A stretch of 64,000 nt of DNA from contig CBDAOI010000004.1 of assembly GCA_965198005.1 (NCBI GenBank), positions 1,280,001 through 1,344,000 of the forward strand, given 5' to 3'. Both the position numbers and the translations under genes were made by a program. Origin of the DNA: Spirochaetia bacterium. GTDB taxonomy: Bacteria > Spirochaetota > Spirochaetia > SZUA-6 > Bin103. Position 1 is the stretch's first letter; the number at the start of each line of letters is the position of its first letter. Positions 21,220 to 31,496 of the stretch are shown here, piece after piece. The notes below the pieces were generated by a model. It was not told where the DNA came from and ran no database searches. It saw only the letters and a program-made list of their open reading frames with translations.

Positions 21220-22449
21220 ATGGACCGTCGTTACAACCCCTACGCACCTGGCGCCGGCTTGCAGCCGCCGGAACTGGCCGGCCGCGACCGGCTGATCGAG
21301 GATGTCACCACCGACATGGAGCGTGTGCTCGCGCGGCGTCCCACCAAGGGCCTCGTTCTGCTGGGCTTGCGCGGAGTCGGCAAGACCGTGCTGCTCAATC
21401 GACTGCGCGCGTTTGCGGACGACAAACGCTTCCAGACGGCCAAGATCGAGGCCCCCGAAGGTGGCGCGCTGCCGTACCTGCTGGCCCCGGAGTTGCGGCG
21501 CATCCTGTATGCCCTCGACCTGCGTCAGGCAGGTGGCCGGCACCTGCGACGAGCCGTAAACGTGCTGCGCGGGTTCGCGAACGCATTCAAGGTGAAGATC
21601 GGAGACATCGAGTTCAGCGTCGAGCCCGCGCCCGGTGAGGGCGACAGCGGCAATCTCGAACAAGACCTGCCGCGGCTGTTGATGGCGGTGGCAGAAGCCG
21701 CCGCAGAGCGGCGCTCGGCCGTAGGCCTGTTCATCGACGAAATCCAGTACCTCTCCTCGGTCGAACTGGCAGCCGTAGTCGTGGCGTGTCACGAGACTGC
21801 CCAACGAAACCTGCCGTTGCTGTTCATCGGCGCCGGCCTGCCGCAGGTGGCCGCGCTTGCAGGCAGGGCCAAATCCTACGCCGAGCGGCTGTTCGACTAT
21901 CCGGAAGTCGGACCACTGGATTCCGATGCGGCCCGCGCAGCCATCGTGAAACCGGCCCAGAAAGAGGGTGTCTCGTTCGACGCCGACGCCGTCGATGCCA
22001 TCCTGAGAGCCACCCGGAACTACCCCTACTTCATCCAGGAGTGGGGATTCCAGGTGTGGAATCGCGCGCCGTCGAGTCCGATCGCAAGAGCAGCGGTGGC
22101 GGCCGCGACTCCGGACGTGATCGCCCACCTGGACGGCAACTTTTTCCGCGTCCGCTTCGATCGCTTGACGGTCTTGCAGCAGAAATACCTGCGCGCGATG
22201 GCTGAGCTCGGACCGGGGCCGCACAAGACCGGCGAGGTCGCCGCCACCCTGGGCGTCGGCGCAGCCTCGGTGGCGACCGTCCGACAACAACTGGTGAACA
22301 AGGGCATGGTCTGGAGCCAGCGGCACGGCGAGACGGCGTTCACCGTGCCGCTGTTCGACAGCTTCATGAAACGACAGATGCCGACACTCGAAAAGCACGT
22401 GCCCGTCCGCCGCCAACGATCCACGCACCGACGCACGGATCGCTCATGA
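21220..22449 (+). CDS. P-loop (AAA_16-like) ATPase with probable C-terminal winged helix
   Basis: NPYAPGAG.QPPELAGR, GLRGVGKT, FIDEIQ, YPYFIQ, FTVPLF. Confidence 0.9.
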   Translation: MDRRYNPYAPGAGLQPPELAGRDRLIEDVTTDMERVLARRPTKGLVLLGLRGVGKTVLLNRLRAFADDKRFQTAKIEAPEGGALPYLLAPELRRILYALDLRQAGGRHLRRAVNVLRGFANAFKVKIGDIEFSVEPAPGEGDSGNLEQDLPRLLMAVAEAAAERRSAVGLFIDEIQYLSSVELAAVVVACHETAQRNLPLLFIGAGLPQVAALAGRAKSYAERLFDYPEVGPLDSDAARAAIVKPAQKEGVSFDADAVDAILRATRNYPYFIQEWGFQVWNRAPSSPIARAAVAAATPDVIAHLDGNFFRVRFDRLTVLQQKYLRAMAELGPGPHKTGEVAATLGVGAASVATVRQQLVNKGMVWSQRHGETAFTVPLFDSFMKRQMPTLEKHVPVRRQRSTHRRTDRS

Positions 22450-22624
22450 ACGCGGTGGTAGACACCAGCATCCCGGTGGAAGTCGAACGCCGGGGCCGGC
22501 TGCTGAGAATCGTAGCCGAGGAGCGGGGATCGAAGTGGGACCGGCTCACCGAGCATCAGATCGTCGTCGGCGATCCCGACGAGTTCGTGCACATCGACTG
22601 GTCCCACGAGTGGTGCGGCAACCG

Positions 22625-22720
22625 TACAGCCTGAACATGTTCGGCGACGCGCTACGCGATCTGCTCGATCCCCGGCTGCACGGCGGCGCGGGCCGTCTCG
22701 ACGCCGGCCACGGCGGCTGA
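22625..22720 (+). repeat. Orphan copy of the oppC 3' end
   Basis: YSLNMFGDALRDLLDPRLHGG with no upstream permease. Confidence 0.9.
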
Positions 22721-22849
22721 TCAGCTTATCAGTTCCCGACCCGGCAGGTGAGGCCGGGCTCGCAGGGAACGATCGGCCGCATCGGCCGCCTGACGGCTCG
22801 ACGATGCCATGGATTGGCGCTATCCTGGTCAGAGGGGGGTGCATGGTTA

Positions 22850-23335
22850 CCCTACCGGAATGCACCGGAAGACAAGCGTTACGAGCTGTTGGACGGGGAG
22901 TTGGTCGTGTCTCCAGCACCGAAAGAGATACATCAGCGCGTGCTTGGCTACCTGCACGTGGCGTTGTCGCTATTTGTAAGCGAGCACCGCCTGGGACGAG
23001 TGTACCTGTCGCCCTTCGACGTGGTGCTGACCGACACTGACGTGGTGCAACCCGACCTGCTGTTCGTTTCCCACCAGCGGGCGGCCATCGTCACCGAAGA
23101 CAACGCTCGCGGTGCGCCGGACCTGGTCATCGAGATACGGTCCCCCTCCACGGCCGACCGCGACCTCACGTTCAAACGCTCGTTGTATGCCCGGCACGGC
23201 GTGTCCGAGTATTGGCTGGTCGATACTGACGCGCGCACGATCGAGGTGCTGGCTCTGGGCGAGCATGACTTCGAGCGGGTGGAGCGCTATGAGAAAGGGC
23301 GGCGCCTGACCGTAGACCCCGGCACCGCCGTCTGA
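22850..23335 (+). CDS. Uma2-family PD-(D/E)XK endonuclease-like protein; start uncertain, possibly truncated
   Basis: RYELLDGEL.VSPAP...HQR, VVQPDL, APDLVIEI.SPST, GVSEYWLVD. Confidence 0.85.
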   Translation, partial: PYRNAPEDKRYELLDGELVVSPAPKEIHQRVLGYLHVALSLFVSEHRLGRVYLSPFDVVLTDTDVVQPDLLFVSHQRAAIVTEDNARGAPDLVIEIRSPSTADRDLTFKRSLYARHGVSEYWLVDTDARTIEVLALGEHDFERVERYEKGRRLTVDPGTAV

Positions 23336-23340
23336 CGCGG

Positions 23341-25110
23341 TTACCTCCGCACGGCATCGTAGAACACCATCTCCCAGCCGTGGAACACCGCGATCAGGCC
23401 GATGAAGCGCACCCCCGGGAACTGCCGCGCCAGCCGCTCCTCCGCCAGATACCGCTCGAGTTGCGCCGTCGCCTCTCCGACCGCCGCCGCCACGCCGGCC
23501 TCGTTCGCCGACTCGCTACGCTGAAAGCGCCCACGGCGATTAAGGTACTTGAGCTCGATCAGGTAGCCCCGCTGCAGGTGCGGATAGCGGGCCACCAGCG
23601 GCTCCAGGCAGATGTCCGCGTGTCCCTTTCCCAGCTCCGCCTCCGAGCGGAACACGTAATAGTCGGTCACGCTCAGATAGGCGGCCAGAAACCCCTGGAT
23701 CACCTTCTCCCCGCCGATGTAGTCGCGAATCCCCGTCTGCCGCGCGATAGCGTCGCTCAGGAACTCGAACGCCGGTCGCCATTCGCCCCGGTTGGCCATC
23801 CCCATCATCAACTGCTCGAACCGGAACAGATTGACCGAGAACACCCCCACGTCGCGGTAGCCATCGCGCAGGAAGCCGTACATCAACCGCTTCACGGTCT
23901 GGTTCGGGATCGCCAGCCGGGGCACCCGATCCACCACGTCGCGGATGCTCAGCAACCCGAAGTAGTGCAGCAGGGAGAGAAAGTTCTCGGGCTTGGTGAG
24001 GTCCTTCAGCGGAAAGCCGGGCTGGATGCGGGTGTCCACCTGCTCCTCGCCGATCACGTCCCGCAGCAGGTCGAAGTTGCCGTTGAGCTGCCGGCCGGTC
24101 ACCAGCAAATGGCGCAGCTTGCCGTAGTCGATGCGCACGTTGGTGTCGATCAGGTAGGTCGGCACATCTCGATTCGGAATAGAATGCTTCAGGTAGTAGA
24201 GCACCATGTCGGTGTTGTACAGATCGGTCTCGGCTTCCTCGGCGAAGCGGTAGCCGTTGTACCACTGGCCCATGATGCCCATGGCGGTCGCGACCTCCTG
24301 GTTGAACACGCCCAGGTCCCGGTAGGTCTCGACCAAGTGCCGGACCTCCGGCTCGGTGAAGCCGACCATCTCGTTGAAGTCGGGCTCCAGGCTGATGTTG
24401 GTGCCGATGTTGAAGCCGCTGGTCACGTCGTCCATCGTGATCGGCGACACGCCGGTGATGAACAGCCGCTCCAGACCGCCGCCGGTGCGCCCCGCCCCGG
24501 ACTTCAGGGTGGCGAAGAAGTTGCGGTAGAAGCCACCGCCGTGGGTAAAGGAGTGGTACGCATCCGCACTGTGGTACGCGAGCACGGTGTTGGCGAAGTT
24601 GTCGTACTCGTCGATGATCACGTACAGGGGGATGTCATGGTCGCCCGCGTACCGGAACAGCTCGGATAGCTTGGTGGCGATGGAGGGCGGCGCGAGGATC
24701 CGCCGCCGCGCCGCTTCAGGAAACAGGTCGGGATGCCGCTCCAGCGTGCCCCGGAGCTCTATGAGGCAGTAGGTCTCGAACTCCCGCTCCAAGGTCTCGA
24801 GCTTGTCGTTGACGGTTGAAAAGTCGAAGCGCAGGGTTACGTAGCGGCTTTGTTCCCCGGTCGGGTCCTGGCCGATGTCGGTGCCGGCGAAGGTGGCGTC
24901 GAAGTCGCCGGCCCAGAAGCGGTCGTAGTAGTTCTCCAGCACCGACACCCACAGCGACTTGCCGAAGCGGCGCGGGCGGATCAGAAAGGCGTAGCGCTCC
25001 TCCTCCAGACGCCGCAGGAAGCGGGTCTTGTCGACGTACAGCCACCGGTTCCGGCGGATGCGCTGAAAGTCGGCCTCGCCGTAGGGGATGCGCGGGTGGT
25101 CGGATGGCAT
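23341..25110 (-). CDS. AAA-ATPase-like protein with C-terminal PD-(D/E)XK nuclease domain
   Basis: IPYGEADF, YVDKT, RPRRFGKSL, IIDEYD, FITGV, YNGY, IPN, ADI...IELK. Confidence 0.92.
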   Translation of the reverse strand: MPSDHPRIPYGEADFQRIRRNRWLYVDKTRFLRRLEEERYAFLIRPRRFGKSLWVSVLENYYDRFWAGDFDATFAGTDIGQDPTGEQSRYVTLRFDFSTVNDKLETLEREFETYCLIELRGTLERHPDLFPEAARRRILAPPSIATKLSELFRYAGDHDIPLYVIIDEYDNFANTVLAYHSADAYHSFTHGGGFYRNFFATLKSGAGRTGGGLERLFITGVSPITMDDVTSGFNIGTNISLEPDFNEMVGFTEPEVRHLVETYRDLGVFNQEVATAMGIMGQWYNGYRFAEEAETDLYNTDMVLYYLKHSIPNRDVPTYLIDTNVRIDYGKLRHLLVTGRQLNGNFDLLRDVIGEEQVDTRIQPGFPLKDLTKPENFLSLLHYFGLLSIRDVVDRVPRLAIPNQTVKRLMYGFLRDGYRDVGVFSVNLFRFEQLMMGMANRGEWRPAFEFLSDAIARQTGIRDYIGGEKVIQGFLAAYLSVTDYYVFRSEAELGKGHADICLEPLVARYPHLQRGYLIELKYLNRRGRFQRSESANEAGVAAAVGEATAQLERYLAEERLARQFPGVRFIGLIAVFHGWEMVFYDAVRR

Positions 25111-25277
25111 GATCACTGCGGTACCCTGGACGCTGACTCTATCGTTTCCAAGGCGCGTGAGGCAATGGAGCGCGGTAGTCTCGGTCAGTCGAGACGGTCG
25201 CTCGGTAACGCCAGAGACCATGCACACCGATGCACCGGCACCGCGGACTGGCCGCCATGGTCGGACGAGGCAGGCCC

Positions 25278-26277
25278 GTGGGTGACGTATCACCGCTGAC
25301 GCCGGCCGGCGCCGAGCCGGTCGCGGGGGCGGCCGGCGGCGGCCGGGCAGGCCGGGCTGAGGAAGTTCTGCGCGCGGCTGGTGCGCGAGCAGCCGCTGGG
25401 GACCGCTGGCGGCATCATCATCCTGCTCCTGGTGCTGGTCAGCATCTTCGCCGATTCGCTGGCGCCCTACCGCTACCAGGAGATCCACCTGCGCGACCGC
25501 CTGCAGGCCCCCTCGGCCGCGTACTTGCTGGGCACCGACCACGTCGGGCGCCACCTGTTGAGCCGCCTCATCCACGGGGCGCGGCTGTCGCTGACGGTGG
25601 GGCTGGCCGCCACCGCGCTCACCGTCGTGGTGGCGGTGCTGATCGGCGGCACCACCGGCTTCATCGGCGGCCGGCTGGACCTGGTGACGCAGCGCTTCGT
25701 CGACGCCTGGATGGCGTTCCCGGGGCTGCTTCTGCTGCTCACCATCATGTCGATCGCCGGCCGCGGCATGCTGCAGATGATCGTGGTGCTGGGGGTGTCG
25801 GGCGGCATCCCGGCCTCGCGGGTGGTGCGCGGCGCCGTGCTGGCGGTGAAGGAGAACGTCTACTTCCAGGCCGCGCAGGCGATCGGCAGCTCGCGCCGGC
25901 GGTCGCTGCTGCGCCACGTGCTGCCCAACATCGCCGCGCCCATCATCATCATCTTCAGCATCAACGTCGGCGGGGTGATCATGTCGGAGGCGGCGCTGAG
26001 CTTCCTGGGGTTCGGTTTGCCACCGGACACACCGAGCTGGGGCGGCATGCTCAGCCGCGAAGGCCGGCAGTACATGGAGATCGCGCCGCATCTGGCGCTG
26101 TGGCCGGGGGTGTGCCTGACGGTGGTGGTGTACAGCCTCAACATGTTCGGCGACGCGGTGCGCGATCTCCTGGACCCCCGCCTGCGCGGCCAGCTCGGGC
26201 GCTACGGCGCCGGCAGTGGCCGGCGGGCCGACGGCTCACCGTCAAGCTCTCCCACCGAGCCGGGCAGCCCGGCGTAG
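25278..26277 (+). CDS. OppC/DppC-like permease; ancestral start 25278 is frameshifted, main frame opens at GTG 25381
   Basis: Near-identical to 29437-30396; indel at ~25330-25355. Confidence 0.8.
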
Positions 26278-26364
26278 TCACGGAAGCAACAGCGTTCCGA
26301 GCGTTCCGGGTAATGCTTGCCGGAACGCGTGGCGTTCGCTACCATCGGATGAGCGAGCGTACCT

Positions 26365-27120
26365 ATGGCCGAAGGCAACGGACACCGTGAACCCGCGACC
26401 CCGCAGGAGATCTGGGCGATTCTCCGCGAGGTCTCCGCAATGCAGCAGGAGACTGCACGCCGTACGCAGGACACCGACCGGCAGACTGCACGCCGTCAGC
26501 AGGAGGCCGACCGGCGGCAGCAGGAGGCCGACCGGCGGCAGCAGGAGACCGACCGCCAAATGCAGGAGACCGACCGGCGGTTGCAGGAGACTGATCAACT
26601 GCTCACGCGGCAGACACGGGCCGCCGACCGGCGCATGGACAAGCTGGAGGAGCTGTTCAACGGGCAGTGGGGCAAGCTGATGGAGTCCCTGGTGGAAGGC
26701 GACCTCGTAGCACTCCTCCAGCAGCGGGGCATCGCGGTGCAGCACACGGTAACCAACCCGCGGCAGAACTACGGTGAGCGGCGCTGGGAGTTCGACCTCG
26801 TGGCGATCAACGGCGAACAGGTCGTGGTGGTGGAAGTCAAGACTAGCCTGAGGGTGCCGGACGTCGATCGATTCATCGGGCGGTTGGACGAGTTTCCGGA
26901 ACTGATGCCCGAGTACGCCGAGCGGCGGATCTACGGGGCGGTTGCGTATCTGAAGGCATACCAGGAGTCGGAGGTGCGAGCAGAGCGGCTGGGCCTGTTC
27001 GTGATTCGCGCCACCGGCAGCAGCGCCAGCATCACCAACCGGGAGGGGTTCACGCCGCGCGCGTTCGGTCACCGACTGACCTCAGCGCCCGGCGGGTCGG
27101 CCGTGGGGCAGACGAGGTGA
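26365..27120 (+). CDS. Coiled-coil heptad-repeat plus PD-(D/E)XK-like protein (DUF3782-like), copy 1
   Basis: QEADRRQ/QETDRRL repeats, WGKLMESLV, EFDLVAIN...VVEVK. Confidence 0.8.
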   Translation: MAEGNGHREPATPQEIWAILREVSAMQQETARRTQDTDRQTARRQQEADRRQQEADRRQQETDRQMQETDRRLQETDQLLTRQTRAADRRMDKLEELFNGQWGKLMESLVEGDLVALLQQRGIAVQHTVTNPRQNYGERRWEFDLVAINGEQVVVVEVKTSLRVPDVDRFIGRLDEFPELMPEYAERRIYGAVAYLKAYQESEVRAERLGLFVIRATGSSASITNREGFTPRAFGHRLTSAPGGSAVGQTR

Positions 27121-27302
27121 GACATGACGGTCAGGAGCCGCCAGAGCCGTAGCGCCGCTAGCGCCGTGCCGCGTCGCAACAAAGGTTACCCGCCCGTAGC
27201 GCTCGGGCTGAGGGCGCCGCGCGCGCCAGTTCGCCTGCACCACCGCTACCCCGTCTGCCTGGAAACCGCACCGCCGGCGTTGCCGGTCACTGACATTCGC
27301 TG

Positions 27303-27489
27303 CGTCGCCGACCACCGCCCCCAGCGGAGCTTCGGGATCAGGTGCGCGCACGCGTTCACGGAGGTGGCCGATGCGGAACTGATTCACTGATTCGGACTCC
27401 GGGCTGGCGTCCCTCGCTTTCCGGCACCTGCCATTGCGGGTGTACTGCGAGAGTGGGCGAGGGATGGGCAGTGGCATCAGCACTCTCGA
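27303..27489 (+). repeat. SBP leader type B, copy 2
   Basis: Similar to 10549-10734. Confidence 0.8.
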
Positions 27490-27498
27490 GCATTTAGG

Positions 27499-28394
27499 GA
27501 CCCCACCACCGGCAAGATGGTGACCGCGCCGGAGTATGGCGGGACATTGACCTATCCCTTCCAGAATAAAGATGTGACCACGGACCCCTTTCTGACTGGC
27601 CACCTTCCGGCCCACCTCATCGGTAGCGTTAATGAGAGGATCGCCTGGGGTAACTGGGGAATAGATAGAGACGAATTTGACTTCAGAACTACTTACCTCC
27701 CTGATTTTGCCATAACCGGGCAGTTGGCGGAGAGTTGGGATACGCCCGACCCACTGACTTACATCTTCCACATCCGCCAGGGGGTACACTGGGCCCTTGA
27801 TCCAGACAGTGAGGCCAGCCGGCTCGTAAACGGTCGCGAGCTAACCGCCGATGACGTGGTCTATTCCTTTCAGCGGAATCTCGGTAGGGGTGACTTCACC
27901 GAATCCTCCGCCAGGAAATACGATGCGTCCAACCTGCCTGTTCATGCCCGAAGAAGCAACCCGTGTATCGGCCCTACGCACGGGCGAGGTTGATATAATA
28001 CACGGCGCCGGCGGCGGCACTGCTATAAAGATCCTTGACGTTGTAAGGAGCCTCCAGCGTACCGACCCCCACATCGAGGTGAGTAACTATTTCCAGCGCT
28101 CGGATTTCGTCGAGGTTATGAACGTGCGCAAGCCACCCTTTGACGACATCATGGTTCGGCGCGCAATGCAGATGGCGCTGGACGTCGAGACGATTAACGA
28201 TGTCTATTTTGGCGGTTTTGGAAAGTGGGAACCATTTCCCGAAGAGTATCTCGGCACTGCGTACGGGTAAGATTGATATAATACAACACGCCGGCGTCGC
28301 TGACATAGGAAACATGGACGTGATAAGGAGCCTCCAGAGGACCAACCCGGAAATCGAGGTGTACAGTTACTACCAGCGGGCGTTTCAGGTCTTT
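27499..28394 (+). pseudogene. Mosaic SBP remnant of three or more fragments; the central segment is present twice from different paralogues
   Basis: TGKMVTAPEYGGTL...NL | FMPEEATRVSALRTG...GGFGKWEP | ISALRTGKIDII...QVFG. Confidence 0.88.
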
Positions 28395-29265
28395 GGTCCC
28401 CGGCGACGTCATCGATATCATGGCCGGTCGCACGGCATTCGTGGGCGGCCAGGTCGACCGCGCGACCATCGAACAGCGGCTCGGCCTGGACCTGCCGATC
28501 CCCGTGCAGTACGGCCGCTGGATCGGTGGCATCCTCCTGCGCGGCACCCTCGGCGAGTCGCTGCTGGGCGGCTGGCGGATCGAGGAACGCATGCTGGGAC
28601 GGCTGCCGGTCACCGCCGAGCTCGGGCTGCTGGCGATCCTCATCGGCCTGGTCATCGCGCTGCCGGTGGGCATCTACTCGGCGATTCGCCAGTACACCGC
28701 CGCCGACTACGTGGGACGGTCGGTCGCCATCATGGGGCTGGCCACGCCCAACTTCTGGCTGGGAACGATGGTGATGATCTACCCCGCCATCTGGTGGGCG
28801 TGGTCGCCGCCGATGGAGCTGGTGCCGTTGGCCCAGGACCCGTTGGGCAACCTCGGCATGTTCCTGATCCCCAGCCTGATCCTGGGAACTTACCTGGCGG
28901 CCAGCACCATGCGCATGACGCGCACCATGATGCTGGAGGTGCTTCGGCAGGACTACATCAGGACCGCCTGGGCCAAGGGGCTGCTGGAGCGGTCGGTGAT
29001 CCTGCGCCACGCGGTCAAGAACGCGATCATCCCGGTGGTGACGCTGGTGGGCATGCAGCTCCCGATCCTGGTGGGCGGCTCAGTGATCATCGAGAACATC
29101 TTCAACCTGCCGGGGCTGGGGCGGCTGATGCTGGACGCGCTCAACGAGCGCGACTACCCGGTAGTGTCGGCGGTGAATCTGTTCTTCGCCGCGGTGGTGG
29201 TGGTGGTCAACCTGCTGACCGATCTGCTGTACGCGTTGCTGGACCCGCGGATTCGCTACGAATGA
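28395..29265 (+). pseudogene. OppB/DppB-like permease lacking the first ~29 aa
   Basis: Begins at PGDVID, fused to the SBP fragment; remainder intact. Confidence 0.8.
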
Positions 29266-29436
29266 GTCGGCACGGTCACACCGTGACCCGAAACACCATG
29301 AAAACGGCGCATGGGGCAGTGCGCCGTGGCCGCCGCTTGCGGTCCAGTCGGCACGGTCACTCGGTAACGCCAGAGACCATGCCAACCGATGCACCGGCAT
29401 CGCGGCCTGGCCGCCATGGTCGGACGAGGCAGGCCC

Positions 29437-30396
29437 GTGGGTGACGTATCACCGCTGACGCCGGCCGGCGCCGAGCCGGTCGCGGGGGCGGTTTCGGTTC
29501 GGCAGGCGGGGCTGAGGAAGTTCCTCGCGCGGCTGGTGCGCGAACAGCCGCTGGGGACCGCCGGCGGCATCGTCATCCTGCTCCTGGTGCTGGTCAGCAT
29601 CTTTGCCGATTCGCTGGCGCCCTACCGCTACGAGGAGATCCACCTGCGCGACCGCCTGCAAGCCTCCTCGGCCGCGTACCTGCTGGGCACCGACCACGTG
29701 GGGCGCGACCTCCTGAGCCGCCTCATCCACGGGGCGCGGCTGTCGCTGACGGTGGGACTGGCCGCCACCGCGCTCACCGTCGCCGTTGCCGTGCTGATCG
29801 GCGGCACCACCGGCTTCATCGGCGGCCGGCTGGACCTGGTGACGCAGCGCTTCGTCGACGCCTGGATGGCGTTCCCGGGGCTGCTGTTGCTGCTCACCAT
29901 CATGTCGATAGCCGGCCGCGGCATGGCGCAGATCATCATCGTGCTGGGGGTGTCGGGCGGCATCCCGGCCTCGCGGGTGGTCCGCGGCGCGGTGCTGGGC
30001 GTCAAGGAGAACGTCTACTTCCAGGCGGCGCAGGCAATCGGCAGCTCGCGCCGGCGCTCGCTCTTGCGCCACGTGCTGCCCAACATCGCGGCGCCGATCA
30101 TCATCATCTTCAGCATCAACGTGGGCGGCGTGATCATGTCGGAGGCGGCGCTGAGCTTCCTGGGGTTCGGACTGCCGCCGGACATCCCGAGCTGGGGCGG
30201 CATGCTGAGCCGCGAGGGCCGGCAGTACATGGAGATCGCGCCGCACCTGGCGCTGTGGCCGGGGGTGTGTCTGACCGTGGTGGTGTACAGCCTCAACATG
30301 TTCGGCGACGCGGTGCGCGACCTGCTGGACCCCCGCCTGCGCGGCCGGCTCGGCCGCTACGGCGCCGCCGCCACGGTGCGGCCCAAGGCCACCTGA
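29437..30396 (+). CDS. OppC/DppC-like ABC permease
   Basis: Full motif set; GTG start homologous to the MGDVSPLT stubs. Confidence 0.92.
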   Translation: MGDVSPLTPAGAEPVAGAVSVRQAGLRKFLARLVREQPLGTAGGIVILLLVLVSIFADSLAPYRYEEIHLRDRLQASSAAYLLGTDHVGRDLLSRLIHGARLSLTVGLAATALTVAVAVLIGGTTGFIGGRLDLVTQRFVDAWMAFPGLLLLLTIMSIAGRGMAQIIIVLGVSGGIPASRVVRGAVLGVKENVYFQAAQAIGSSRRRSLLRHVLPNIAAPIIIIFSINVGGVIMSEAALSFLGFGLPPDIPSWGGMLSREGRQYMEIAPHLALWPGVCLTVVVYSLNMFGDAVRDLLDPRLRGRLGRYGAAATVRPKAT

Positions 30397-30481
30397 CCCC
30401 GAGCGTCGACACTGAGTGGGTTGACCCGCGCCGGTATTGCAACGTATTCTCTGCGATGCTAAGAGGCGCTACAGGCAGGCC

Positions 30482-30727
30482 ATGGAAACGTCAAAGACCG
30501 TCACGGTGAGACTTAAGGACTCGGTGTACCAACGGCTTCGTACGCTCGCGGAACGAGACAACCGCCCGCTCTCCAACTTCATTGAGACCGCGACTCTTCG
30601 CTACCTTGAGCAGGAAGAGTACGCCGACGAGTTCGAGGCGCTAGAGATAGAAGGAAATGAACCGCTGAAGGAGAGCATTGAACGAGGCCTAGCCGACGCA
30701 AGACGCGACCGTGGCCGCCTCGTCTGA
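30482..30727 (+). CDS. RHH/CopG-like antitoxin
   Basis: SKTVTVRLKDSVYQRLRTLAERDNRPLSNFIE; overlaps the toxin gene. Confidence 0.8.
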   Translation: METSKTVTVRLKDSVYQRLRTLAERDNRPLSNFIETATLRYLEQEEYADEFEALEIEGNEPLKESIERGLADARRDRGRLV

Positions 30728-31001
30728 TTATCGAGTCTTCGAGACAGACGAGTTCCTGTCGAAGCTAACTGCGCGTCCCGGTAAGTACTCGCAGCGTGTA
30801 CGCGCCAAGCTCGAGTCCTACGTTTATCCGCAATTGCGGACGCAGCCATTCTATGGCACCAACATCAAGAAGGTCCGCGGTTTCAGCTCCGATGTCTGGC
30901 GCTATCGGGTCGGCGACCTTCGCATCTTCTACACCGTCGACGAGAGCAAGAGGGTCGTGGCAATCGTCACCATCGAGCACCGCAAAGACGCCTACCGCTG
31001 A
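30711..31001 (+). CDS. RelE/ParE-family toxin
   Basis: NIKK...WRYRVGDLRIFY.VD...IEHRKDAYR. Confidence 0.88.
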   Translation: MAASSDYRVFETDEFLSKLTARPGKYSQRVRAKLESYVYPQLRTQPFYGTNIKKVRGFSSDVWRYRVGDLRIFYTVDESKRVVAIVTIEHRKDAYR

Positions 31002-31133
31002 TGCCGAGTCCCGCGGAAACTGCGCTGCAGCAGTTTCGCCGCGCGGCGCAGGCGCCGCGGCAATGCGCGCTTGCGAGCGCGCGCGTGGTAGTGCATGCTA
31101 TGGATAGCAGTTGCGCGCCAAGGAGCACTAATC

Positions 31134-31397
31134 GTGGAACTTGCCTTACACGAAGCGGAAACGTGCCTTTCCGATCTCGTCACCGCCGCCCAGAACGGCG
31201 AACGGGTCGTGATAACGAGGAATGGAGAACCGACCGTGGAGTTGGTCCGCTGCCGCGAGAAGCGAGGCGGTATCGACTTCGAAAAGCTTGACGCGGATCG
31301 CCGGCAGCTCGGAATCAAGGGGGACGAAGAGAGGTGGCCTAAGGAATTCAACGATCCAGCGTTCAGCCGCGCCGTGCTGGGACTCGACGACGACTAG
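31134..31397 (+). CDS. Phd/YefM (prevent-host-death) antitoxin
   Basis: EAETCLSDLVTAAQNGERVVITRNGEPTVELV; SD AAGGAG. Confidence 0.85.
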   Translation: MELALHEAETCLSDLVTAAQNGERVVITRNGEPTVELVRCREKRGGIDFEKLDADRRQLGIKGDEERWPKEFNDPAFSRAVLGLDDD

Positions 31398-31407
31398 GCT
31401 GCCGGCC

Positions 31408-31428
31408 ATGCGCGTTCTGCTCGATACG
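31408..31428 (+). pseudogene. VapC/PIN toxin stub (MRVLLDT)
   Basis: Canonical PIN start after the antitoxin, fused to an oppC 3'-end copy. Confidence 0.65.
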
Positions 31429-31496
31429 TCGGTGCGCGATCTCTTGGACCTCCGGCTGCGCGGCCGGCTCGGGCGCTACGGCGCCGGCAGGGGCCA
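31429..31496 (+). repeat. Orphan copy of the oppC 3' end
   Basis: VRDLLDLRLRGRLGRYGAG; matches 26156-26222 and 30311-30367. Confidence 0.9.

Noticed and set aside
22446-22634. 62-aa ORF coupled to the ATPase
   Set aside because: It runs into the orphan oppC end and cannot be assigned; likely a truncated fragment
25111-26091. N-terminal extension giving a 916-aa ORF (23341-26091)
   Set aside because: It is the antisense of oppC; family similarity starts at MPSDHPRIPYG (25110)
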